Positions 23,987 to 35,269 of a stretch of 64,000 bases of DNA are shown piece by piece. The position numbers and the translations under genes were made by a program. This stretch comes from Squalus acanthias (Eukaryota). The stretch spans positions 186,558,001 to 186,622,000 of the forward strand of contig CM059427.1 of the NCBI GenBank assembly GCA_030390025.1, written 5' to 3'. Numbering within the stretch: the first letter of the stretch is position 1; each line of letters starts with the position of its first letter. The notes under the pieces are model-generated. The model was given only the letters and a program-made list of their open reading frames with translations. It was not told where the DNA came from and ran no database searches.

Positions 23987-26793
23987 AAGAGCCAAGAGCG
24001 AGAGTCCCGAAGGCTGTGTTGCCTGCCCGGTGCCAGGGTTAAGGACATCTCCTCTGGGCTGGAGAGAAACTTGGAGTGGGAGGGGGAGGATCCAGTTGTC
24101 GTGGTCCATGTTGGTACCAATGACATAGATAGGACAAGGAAAGAGGTTCTGCTGAGGGAGTTTGAGCAGCTAGGGGCCAAATTAAAAAGCAGAACCTCGA
24201 GGGTAATAATCTCTGGATTACTACCTGAGCCACGAGCAAATTTGGCTAGGGTAAATAAAATCAGGGAGTTGAATGCGTGGCTCAAAGACTGGTGTGGGAA
24301 AAATGGGTTTTGCTTCTTGGGACACTGGCACCAGTACTGGGGCAGGAGAGAGCTGTTCCGTTGGGACGGACTTCACTTGGCCAGTGCTGGGACTAGTGTC
24401 CTGGCGAATCGAATAACTAGGGCTGTGGAGAGGGCTTTAAACTAATTAGTGGGGGGGAGGTTTCAAGAGAGCAAAAAATAAAAATGACAACAGAGAGGGT
24501 CATAGACATAGGTAGCATGATCAGTGGTGTACATTCAAGGAGTTATTTTACAACTTCCAAAAAAAATATATTCCACTGAAAAGAAAAGGGTGTAAAAGAA
24601 AGGACAGTCATCCGTGGCTAAGTAAAGAAATTAAGGATAGTATTCGACTAAAAACAAGGGCATATAAGGTAGCGAAATCTAGTGGGAGGACAGAGGATTG
24701 GGAAAACTTTAAAAGGCAGCAAAAAATAACAAAAAGATTGATTAAGAAAGGGAAGATAGATTATGAAAGTAAATTAGCAAAAAATATAAAAACAGATAGT
24801 AAGAGTTTTTATAGTTATATAAAAAGAAAAAGGGTGGCTAAAGTAAATGTTGGTCCCTTAGAGGATGAGACCGGGAAATTAATGGTGGGAAATATGGAGA
24901 TGGCAAAAACACTGAATGAATATTTTGTATCAGTCTTTACAGTAGAGGACACTAAGAATATCCCAACACTGGACAAACAGGGGGCTATAGGGGGAGAGGA
25001 GCTAAACACGATCAAAATCACGAAGGAAGTGGTACTCGGTAAAATAATGGGACTCAAGGCGGATAAATCACCTGGACCTGATGGCTTACATCCTAGAGTC
25101 TTGAAGGAAGTGGCGGTAGGGATTGTAGATGCATTGGTAATAATTTTTCAAAACTCCCTGGATTCCGCTAAGGTCCCGGCAGACTGGAAAACTGCTAATG
25201 TAACACCCTTATTTAAAAAGGGCAGTAGACAGAAGGCTGGTAACTATAGACCGGTTAGCCTAAAATCTGTGGTAGGTAAAATTTTGGAGTCCATTATTAA
25301 GGAAACAGTAACAGGACATTTGGATAATCATAATTTAATAGGACAAAGTCAGCATGGTTTTATGAAGGGGAAGTCATGTTTGACAAATTTGCTGGAGTTC
25401 TTTGAGGAAGTAACATATAGAGTGGATAAAGGGGAACCAGTGGACGTAGTGTATTTAGACTTCCAAAAGGCATTTGACAAGGTGCCACACAAAAGATTAT
25501 TGCTTAAGGTAAAAAATCACGGGATTGGGGGTAATATTCTGGCATGGATAGAGGATTGGCTATCTAACAGAAAGCAAAGAGTTGGGATAAATGGTTCATT
25601 CTCAGACTGGCAATCAGTAACTAGTGGTGTTCCACAGGGGTCAGTGCTGGGTCCCCAACTCTTCACAATCTATATTAACGATTTGGAGGAAGGGACCAAG
25701 TGTAACATATCAAAATTTGCAGATGATACAAAGATGGGAGGGAAAGTAGTGAGTGAGGAGGACATAAAAAACCTGCAAGGGGACATAGACAGGCTAAGTA
25801 AGTGGGCAGAGATTTGGCAGATGGAATACAACACTGGAAAGTGTGAGGTGATGCACTTTGGCAGGAAAAATCCTAGAGCAATTTATTATCTTAATGGCAA
25901 GAAACTGGAGAGTACTGAAGTGCAAAGGGATCTGGGGGTCCTGGTGCACGAAACTCAAAAGGTTAGTATGCAGGTGCAGCAAGTGATTAAGAAGGCAAAT
26001 GGAATGTTGGCTTTCATTGCTAGGGGGATAGAATATAAAAATAGGGAGGTATTGCTTCAGTTGTACAAGGTATTGGTGAGACCGCACCTGGAATACTGCA
26101 TACAGTTTTGGTGTCCTTACTTAAGGAAAGACATCCTTGCTCTCGAGGCAGTGCAAAAAAGGTTCACTCGGTTAATCCCGGGGATGAGGGGGTGGTCATA
26201 TGAGGAGAGGTTGGGTAGATTGGGACTCTACTCATTGGAGTTCAGAAGAATGAGAGGCGATCTTATTGAAACATATAAGATTGTGAAGGGGTTGGATCGG
26301 GTGGATGCGGGGAGGATGTTCCCGATGACGGGTGAGACGAGAACTAGGGGACATAGTCTTAGAATAAGGGGCTGCTCTTTCAAAACTGAGATGAGGAGGA
26401 ACTACTTCACTCAGAGGGTGGTAGGTCCATGGAATATGCTGCCACAAAAAGCTGTAGAAGCTACAACATTAATTAAATTTAAAACAGAAATAGACAGTTT
26501 CCTAGAAGTAAAGGGCATTAAGGGTTACGGGGAGCGGGCAGGAATTTGGACATGAGTCTAGGTTCGGATCGGTCATGGCCCTGTGGGTAGTGGAGCGGGC
26601 CCAGGGACTGTGTAGCCTGATTCTGCTCCTATTTCGTGTGTGCAATTCTGTTAGATGCAGGAGATGGTTCTGTGATAGATAGTAGATTGGCGGTTAGGAT
26701 CAGATCAGCCATGATCTTATTGAATGGCGGAGCAGGCTCGAGGGGCCGATTGGCCTACTCCTGCTCCTATTTCTTATGTTCTTATGTTCCTTA
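23987..26793 (+). mobile_element. Young CR1 LINE: ORF1 esterase remnant, endonuclease deleted, uninterrupted RT ORF (24738-26555)
   Basis: SGNH-like VVVHVGTND...DGLHL (24071-24445); 605-aa RT ORF with FADD; ttcttatg tail; TSD TGGGTC (23981-86 / 26794-99); empty site seen at ~44260. Confidence 0.93.
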
Positions 26794-27236
26794 TGGGTCT
26801 TAATGCTAGGAAAAGGGGTGGTGATCTGTGACACGGGTCCTCCATTCCTTTTATGTTGTCCCCATGCTTCAATGGAATTAAGACTGAAGGAGCAGTTCCA
26901 CTTCCTTCAGCCTCACTTTCCTGTGGTTTCATCCGAAGAGCTCCCACTTCCAACAGCACCTGAATGAGCTAGCAGTGGGTCATGCAATCGCCCAACACTC
27001 ATGGAAGTAGCTTAGTTCATTTAGGACCATCCCAATGGCTCACTGTGTAAATGCTTAGAGTGGATCTGAATCATACAGAGGCCAACTGGGTTCACGGTCA
27101 ATCAATGTCTTGCTGATCCATTGGCTGTACCAGTGAAATGCAGTAAATTGCGGACACTTATATGCCAATTGTCAGTTTTTTGTCAGTCCAGTTCCTCAAT
27201 GTTATTTTTTAATTGTGATGTTTGCAATTATCACAG

Positions 27237-27280
27237 GGACCAGACATGGTACACAGTGCAATAAGCAATCTTCAGAAACT
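27237..27280 (+). CDS. Ig-receptor cytoplasmic exon 4
   Basis: attatcacag acceptor, ACT|gtaagt donor, 44 bp, phase 1-0: GTRHGTQCNKQSSET; phases link exon 3 to the terminal exon. Confidence 0.78.
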
Positions 27281-27418
27281 GTAAGTATATCAATTGCTAT
27301 TGGTGAAATCACACAACCTACAATATTAATATCTAACAAATTTGTAAGGTTGTTATCTGAGGTAAAGAGATGCAATAATAGATCACATTATTATAAATGC
27401 TTAATTTCTCTCTTGCAG

Positions 27419-27490
27419 AACCTGGCTCCTTCAAAGGAAGATGATTCATCTGTCATCTATGCACAAATAGCACAAGCAAAATATAAATAA
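27419..27490 (+). CDS. Ig-receptor terminal coding exon (ITIM-like VIYAQI, stop TAA)
   Basis: tttctctcttgcag acceptor, phase 0: NLAPSKEDDSSVIYAQIAQAKYK*. Confidence 0.85.
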   Translation, partial: NLAPSKEDDSSVIYAQIAQAKYK

Positions 27491-28292
27491 TCTGGACAGG
27501 ACAGAGAGGAAGAGCTTGGAGTTCGATATGTGGAATATAACATTTTTGGGAATTGATATTTTCACCTGAGAACACATATGCAGCTTTCTTCCTATGTATC
27601 TGCTCTGATTTAACACAATCATTGCATCACACTGTTCAAACATGAACATAACTTTTGAATGATAACTTGCAATAGAAATGGTTCTCTTAATATTGTTTCA
27701 ACAATCCTTTCACAGCTTCTGCTGATGCTATGTATAAAAAAGCAGCTACATTATGAAAATAAATTGGACGTTACATGTAATTTTGTTGCCCACTCAATTA
27801 ATATCTCAAGTCTAATAACCAACAATGATAATTCAACGATGCAATGCATCACTTAAGCTTGAGCATTTCCATCTCTGACTGGGTCAATGTGGGTAAATTC
27901 ATCCCTTAATAGCCACCAGCATTCAATTAATTCACTCAATGATGCACCTACTGCTGTTATCCTTGTTTACCAGTGTGAGTTATATCTTATGCTGCCATTT
28001 TTCAGGACACCCCGATTAAACACTCGAAATTAAAAATCAACTTTTTACATAGAATTACATAGAATATACAGCACACAAACAGGCCATTCAGTTCATGCAT
28101 ACTCTGTTATGCATCATATGTATATATTTGGCAATGCTACAAGTTCTTTTCAGAAAAATCAAATGGCATAACCTGAATCATTGTAGAACACACTGTTTGC
28201 TGTAAATTTTGCTGTAACTTGAAAAGTTGACCTCATTTTATGTACCATCATGCTTCGCGAGGCCAAGAGACTGGTTGCTGAGATGCTACGGT

Positions 28293-28889
28293 TGTAAGCT
28301 GTGAAAGCTGCCAATTCTCTTACAACAGATATGGAAAACAGACTTTTAAAGTTCTGTGGGAACAGATGATTGAGCTGAGGAATCAGTGCAAAAACAGAAA
28401 CATCTTCAGACTATGGAATGTAACTAGTCTTGAAGCCCACGGATGCTTAACAGACTATTGATAAGAGTAACGTAAAAACAACTGATGCCGTATAGTTAGG
28501 GACACATACGCAGTGCGGGGGTGAGGGGGGGGGGGGGTTGCCAAGTTTTGGGGTATAAAAGATGCTGTTTCAAGACACTCGGGGCTGCAGCCGGGCGAGC
28601 TGGTCAGTTGCCAGAAATCATACGTCTAGTCACTGCCGGATTGACCAGTCACTGGTGTTAGTACATATGTGGTGCTTTGTTTGAGCTTAATTAAAGGGGT
28701 AGCTCTGTGTATGCTGAGGTATAATTGGGAATTATTATACACCACATCAGATGCTTACTTGTAATCTCTTGCTGATTTTTAAGTAAAAGAGGTTTTCACA
28801 GATTCATTGGTTTATGTGTTGTCTGTTCGACGGGTCTGAACTTTGGAAACTGTTTGAAGGGACGAGGGGCGATTTCCGCACATCTTACA
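28293..28889 (+). repeat. 5' LTR of an endogenous retrovirus
   Basis: Terminal inverted repeat TGTAAG...CTTACA, TATAAAA at 28554, PBS immediately downstream; 5' boundary inferred because no second LTR is visible. Confidence 0.65.
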
Positions 28890-28894
28890 GATTT

Positions 28895-28912
28895 TGGCGC
28901 CCGGACAGGGAC
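28895..28912 (+). promoter_or_regulatory. Retroviral primer-binding site, tRNA-Lys3 type
   Basis: TGGCGCCCGGACAGGGAC, 17/18 match to TGGCGCCCGAACAGGGAC. Confidence 0.88.
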
Positions 28913-29794
28913 CCGTTCAGAGCAGACAATGGCAAAGACAATGGATGAGTTAGTCACTAAGTATGTGGCAGGGAAGTTTCCTCTTCGAGAGAGGTGGATC
29001 CGGGTCATTATAGATGGTTATGATCCAGTATTGGAGGCTGAACAGTGGACACAAAGGTCCATGTGTCAGCAAAGGTTAAGGAAATCCATTTGGTTACTGG
29101 CTCATCAGAGGCCAGTTAAATCTGATGAAAGGGTAAAGATCAAGTTAAGGAAAGAAACAGAGGAAGAAATGGAAGGTAGGAAAATGCTCGAGGAAAAGTT
29201 GGAATAAAGAACAATACTTCGAGAGCCAGTGTATAAATAATCAGAATCAGTGCGATGCCTTGTCAAAAGAATTATCCAAACAGAGACATCGGGCAAAGCA
29301 GGCAGTAAAGATCAATGAGGACCTGAAGGTTGCATTTAGGGTCACCCAGAAACAGGCTCTAGAGGAACGGAGTGCTTGTGGGGATCACACTGAATGTAAT
29401 AAGTGGATTAAGAAACTGGAGGTGAAGCATAAAGAGCAGGAGAGAGAGTGGGAGATAAAAATGGAAAAAGATCTAAGTTGCAGGCTAACCAATCTGAAAA
29501 CTCAGCAAAGAAAGGAAAAAAACAAGGATTTGGTGAGCCAGGAAAAGCTGCTGATATGACGACTTTATAAAAAAAAGGAAAAAAAGAGAAACTTAAAGTT
29601 TTACCGACACAGAAGCTATCCGCTTCTGTGCTGAGACAAATAAAACACAAGATTTACTGAGTGAAAGGAACCTTAAAGGATGCTGGAATTTCAGTTTGTG
29701 TGAAGGTGTATATTAAAGAGTTGAAGTTTTCCTGACTATGAATTTTAAGAAGTTACAGTATTCCTTTTGTCTGAAAGTCTGTCTTTGAAAGAAA

Positions 29795-30203
29795 AGGCTG
29801 GATTTTCTGAATGAGAAGCTTTTGGAGGCGGGACTGCTGCTTGTCGGCTTTCAATCCCGCCTCCATCAGCTTCTGGCCAACCAGCGGGATTTTCCTCTGA
29901 CCTCCTTCTCATCTCCTGCACCCTGGTGGGGTTCTCCCAGGTCGGGAAGCCTGCACTTCGGAACTAAAAATGGGGATAATCCTATTTTCTGCCTGTTAAC
30001 TACCTGTTAACAAACAGTTAATAGGATTTAATCTCTTTCCCGCCTCGAGGAGACGGGACCCGGGGCAGGACGGCTTCCCGCCTCCTGGCAAGAGGACATG
30101 GAGGCGGGTTGGATGCGGGTTTGCCACCCGCCCCCAAATTCTGCAACTTTACCGGCAGTCCCGCCTCCATACCCGCCTCCTCATGGCTGACAAAATCCAA
30201 CCC
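29795..30203. mobile_element. Short Harbinger-type MITE (deletion relative of 17361-18184)
   Basis: aggctggatttt / aaaatccaaccc termini, TSD AAA. Confidence 0.8.
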
Positions 30204-33200
30204 AAAGTGTCTGTTGTGTTTGTTTTAGCTCCACCCACTTCGCTGTGCATGGAGCTAAAAGCCGTTTAACCCTTTTTAGTCATGTCTTGATTGTTAGAAG
30301 TTTTAAGAAAGTATGAATGTGTTTAATATGTTCATTTCAAGTTAAAATTGTTCACCTAGAAGTGGGAGAAACTTTGTGATTTGCATTTTTAAGTTACAGA
30401 CACTGCTGTGGATATATTTTAACTGGGACGGCTTCTACAACAAACTGTAAATCACAGGCAGTTTGTTTTATAAAAGATAAGCTTCAGCCTTGAAGTTACG
30501 GTTGCCATGGTTACTGATCGTTTCTTGTCGAAAATGAATCTGGATTTTTTGAAAGTACTTGTTTTAATTGGATAATAAAATTGCTATTGTTTGATTTTAT
30601 TTTCAAATTAATTTGAACATTTACAATGCAATGTCTTCTTAATTTGATTACTGCAAGTCCAAGACACCCACTTTCTAAGTTTTTGACAAATAGCCTATGG
30701 TGAAATAAAGACAGGAGGAAAGGTAGGATTCTGGCCCTAGGCTAATTTCAGTGTAGTGATGTCTGAAAAAACAACTTGTATGAATGTTTCGAAGCTACAA
30801 GCTGAGGGAAGCTCCTCCCTCTTTTTCAAGTGGAACTGGTTAGTTTAAGATCTTAGTTTGAATTAAATTGGAGTTATTGAGGTTAATTAACCTGTTTAAA
30901 CCAGGCTTTTATTGTAGCCACGGTGAAATTCTGGTTGGTGTAAATTGTGTGAAAGCCTCTAGTTCCGGACATGAGGCAATCACATCAACAATTGGCATTT
31001 TTTTTAAAATTTCTGACCAATTTCAAGTATGTGTGACCAGGAAAAAAAAAGGAAATGCTATCGTTGTGCGTGGAGTTGTTTCACAGAATGTTTATAATGT
31101 TTGAAGTTTTTACCTGCTGAATTGAATTGATCAGAATCTTTGCAAGTTTTAAAGGCACAAAGATTTTGCAAAAGTAACAGTGTTTTTATTGACGAGTTTT
31201 TAAATTTACTTGAAAGCTGCAAGAAGCTTGTGACACAAGCTGACATTGACTGATGATGTTTAGTTTGTCTTCTTCTGAAAAAAAAGTGAACTAACCTGTT
31301 AAATTGTGAAAACCCAACTGTCTTTTTCGATCGGGAAAGTTTTTTTAAATTTACGTGAAGTGACGCAATTGCGTGCGTCTGACAATTTGCTCCGCCTTCT
31401 TAAAAACCTGCAAAGGAGTTAACCCTTTCCGCTGACAGCTGCTTTTTAAAAATTCACCACACAACAACTTTTCATTGCTGAATTACATTTTAAGATATTG
31501 GACATTATTAAATTAAAGGTTTTTAACTTGAGTGGATATTTCCCCACAGTGACAGAAGGGAATCAGGAATTGATGAATTAACCCATTAGACTGGCAGAAA
31601 AGCCACAATGGATTGTCTGTTTTTCTTTTAAGCAGAGGGCCAGATGAGTGTTGATGGTGCAAGATTACCAGGTGGGTAGAAGCCTTCCCGTGCACATCGG
31701 CCACAGCCTCATGGATGGCCAAGACCCTAGTTAGAGAGGTATTCTCCAGATGGGGACTTCCTCGCATGGTAGAGTCGGACCAGGGAGTCATTTCACAGGT
31801 CAGGTAATGCAAGCCACTCTGAAATTGCTAGGAATTGAAGGGAAATGGCTCGTGACCCACAACCCGCAGTCATCGGGAATTGTGGAAAGAATGAACCGTA
31901 CGTTGAAGTTGGCCCTGCGAAAGTAATTAAATGAACAGCACACTAAGTGGGATGAGATACTTCCCCTAATCCTTATGGGAATACACAGTAAAGAATCCAA
32001 AGAAATGGGTCACTCCCCACATGAATTGGTAATGGGGAGACCCATGTGAACCCCCACCCACCTGTTGGTCCCCACTCTGACTGATAAACAAATTAAGGAG
32101 GTGACTCGGGAAACATTCCTGAGCGACCTGTGGGGAACTTTGAAAGAACTGAACTTGAGGGCCACCCACAACATTGGGAAGGCTCACCAACACAACTGAC
32201 TATACTTGGCTCCGAGTAAACCCCAGGAATGGGAAAGTAGGGAGCCAGGTAATGGTATGAAACTATGTGAGGGTGGGTGTCTTTGAACCCCTGTACAAAG
32301 GGCCGTATAGCATTGTTGATAAAGCTAGTCCCATTGGTGTATGCTGTTCAGTTACCGAAGAAAATTAAATGGTTTCATATTAACCAGATGAAGCTTTTTC
32401 AGCCCACTAGCAGGTCAAGAAGACAACAAGCCACGATTATGAGCATGGTGAGCTGGATTTATCCTCTCCAATGGGATGATGCAGAGGGGATGCCCAACAG
32501 GGAACCCCACCCAATGAGGTGCCCTTGCCTGAAGTGACGCCTCCACAGGTACAGTATGATTCAAATGAAGGTGTACAGGACGTGGGAGCTGTAGAAACCT
32601 CCTCGTCCCCAGGTCCGGAACCACCTCCTGTCCACAGACGAGTCCAACAGGCCCCTCCTACCCCATGGCAGCGTAGTAAAAGAAATAAAAAGACCCCCTT
32701 GAAGCATTGTCAGTGGCAGGAGTGAGAAAATTGTCCAATGCAGGAAAAATAAAAGTTGGAAGCCCCGTTTTGCTTTGTTTTTAAAAATACATCAGTATTG
32801 AGAGCCTGAACTAATGGGTGTATATAGGGTGCAAGGCCGGGAGTCACATTCCGTTTTTGTCCCTTATCCCCACAGGCAAGAAGATAAATAAAATGAAGGA
32901 ATTATTCTGGCCAATGATCGGGATTCTGCTCTATCTCGAAGATTCCACATCAGCCTATTCGGCATACTGGACCACCACTAACTATTTTCCCTATAATAGT
33001 TCGATTGCGGTTGCCCCAGAGACACCACCCCAAGGCACCACTCAAAACATTACCGTCCAGTACATCAGGGGTGATTGCAAGACTGTGTGTTCGGATACAG
33101 TATTGGTTACCACTTATGAGGTCCAGGAGGGTGTGCATTAGATGCAAAGATCGCCCCACCGGGCCAAGGGTGTGGTTCTTACAAGCAGAACCAAGTGACC

Positions 33201-33957
33201 ATTCAAAGTATTTATCAGATAGGGAACCCTCGAGGAAATGTAGGAAGCCTGACCCAATCCCGAGCAGTGGGAGACACCCTGCTGTGTTGGCCCCGATGGT
33301 GGAAAATTCATGAGGCAATTTACAGAGGTGTAAGCCTAAGTAGGGTGACAGATAAGTTCCAGTCAGATGATTCATATGGCTTGTCCATGATTGAAAGGGA
33401 TGTGATCAGTTCTACGATGTTTGCCCACAATAGTGCTAAGGAACTCTATCAATGTTATAGCAACGATAATGTTATTAGCACCTGTCACGTAAGGGGATGT
33501 GGTAACGGAAGTGCGGTTATACATGCAATAGAATTAAAATAGGATAGAAGGGAGATGGGGAAAAATGATCTTGCTCTGCACCTCCCCCCACCCCCCAACT
33601 TCCCATGCAAATGAAGTTATCCTTTTTTCCCTTGGAACCCATGTCCAATAATGGAGGCAATAGCACTGACACATGCTTGATGTTTGTAAATTGGTAAATA
33701 TTGATCCCATAATGTTTAAAACTGGGCCATACTGAAGAGTCAAATGGACTTTTTATGTCATAATGCTCTTTGTCACTATTCCTCTAACAGCAATAATTAC
33801 ATTTTGCATCAGATACTCTCTAATAAATGTAACCTAGCAAGTAGTGCTTGTAATATTAGGGTGTGAATACTCAATAGGTTCAGATGATATTCCTTTGACT
33901 TATATTTTAACAGAGGCATTAACCTGTTTATTTTGAATGGATTACTGCCTCTGACCC

Positions 33958-34722
33958 AATGGCCCAGAAATTAAACAGTGAGGGTTCACGCGGGGATAAG
34001 GCTTCCCCGCGATATCTCACTCCGCGCCTACCTTTTTCCTCCGGGCCCACACGAACTTTAGTTTCAAGGCCAGTCCCACATGCAGCTGTGCAGTGCTTGC
34101 GTGACCCAGAGACGCAATTAGTTCGTGCGAGCTCTGGGATCACGTGTTTCAGTTAGAGCCAATGGCAGCACACCATCTTTCATTCATAGTTTTAACAGCA
34201 AGGGCTGTCAAAGCTATGAATCCTACACACCCCCAAAAGAACAGCTAAACCTCAATTTAAAAAAAAGCCATCACATTAATAAAATAAGTAGTTAAATAAA
34301 TTAACCACTTTAAACAAAAAATTAAATTTTAGAAAAAATTTAAAATCTTTTTAAAAGTTATAAAAATAAACTTACCTTTCTTTAAAGTTTCTAAAAAAGA
34401 TAAACCTGTTGAAAAAAATTTAAAATATTACTTAATTAACTACTGTATTTACCTTGTTAAAAGAGGGTCTTACGCCTCCTTTCTTTGTGTAAAATCTTCC
34501 ATGCTTACCTGCGCGTTCATAGCTGCAAAAATAACTAAGTGCACTGCGTGCGGCAGCCTGTAGCGCGCACGCGGTTCACTTAGGAACCGCCCCTTTTGAA
34601 TTCACTAAGTGCCTGGTTTCCCGCGCATGCGCAGTGCATGCAGGAAACCAGCAATTGGAGACCTAAAACGCGAGAGTACACAGTGCGTACTCTCGCGTAT
34701 TAGGTCTAATTTTTGGGCCATT
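33958..34722. mobile_element. MITE inserted in ERV env-like region
   Basis: AATGGCCCAGAAATTA / TAATTTTTGGGCCATT; same family in opposite orientation at 53308-54056. Confidence 0.85.
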
Positions 34723-35269
34723 AGCAGAGGAGTGTCATACGAACAAGAAAAGTATTTGAACACCAATATAGCACAAATATAATTTCCGGGCTTACACTTT
34801 TGCAGCATAGAAGGTGACACTGATCCACCAGTGGCAGACACCTGATACACAGCAAGTCATTAAGTCAGTTGGAATTTAGAGGTCAAAGACAGGTTAATGT
34901 CTTGGGTGGGTACTCCTCATGGAATAACAATGTGTGTATCATCTTGGATATATAAGGTATCACAGCCATATGCCACAATATTCGACCAACAACTGTGTCT
35001 ATAAGACACTAGATAGAAGAACATCTGCCATTGTAGCACCAACATGGTTGTCCTACACTTTAATATCAGTTACTCTGCTGTGCTGGCAGAGAAATTAAAC
35101 AAATACTTTGGTTCTGTCTTCACAGAAGAGGACACAAATAACTTCCCAGAAATGCTAGGGAACCAAGGGTCTAGTGAGAAGGAGGAATTAAAGGAAATTA
35201 GTATTAGTAAAAAAATAGTGCTGGAGAAATTAATGGGACTGAAAGCCGATAAAACCCCAGGGCTTGGTA

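Larger units (their letters stand above)
28293..35085 (+). mobile_element. Decayed endogenous retrovirus / LTR element (gag remnant 28929-29560, integrase remnant ~31665-32400, env-like remnant from 32893)
   Basis: Integrase TRWVEAFP...VFSRWGLP..VESDQG/SHFTG...PQSSGIVERMNRTLK...GPYSIV...WFHINQMK with frameshifts and stops; acceptor ccccacag (32875) before signal-like MKELFWPMIGILLYLEDSTSA. Confidence 0.8.

Noticed and set aside
27281-27418. In-frame, stop-free 138-bp intron suggesting functional retention
   Set aside because: The duplicate intron is 140 bp (frame broken) and the added peptide has no motif; likely chance.
2090-27490. Naming the gene CD4 or LAG3
   Set aside because: No CxC Lck motif (CLRKC is juxtamembrane CxxxC), no EP-repeat tail, first visible V domain is unsplit and Cys-less; orthology cannot be shown without synteny or phylogeny.
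32420-32725. Retroviral accessory gene between integrase and env-like ORF
   Set aside because: Pro-rich segment ending RSKRNKKTP resembles a frameshifted integrase C-terminal tail; no independent support.
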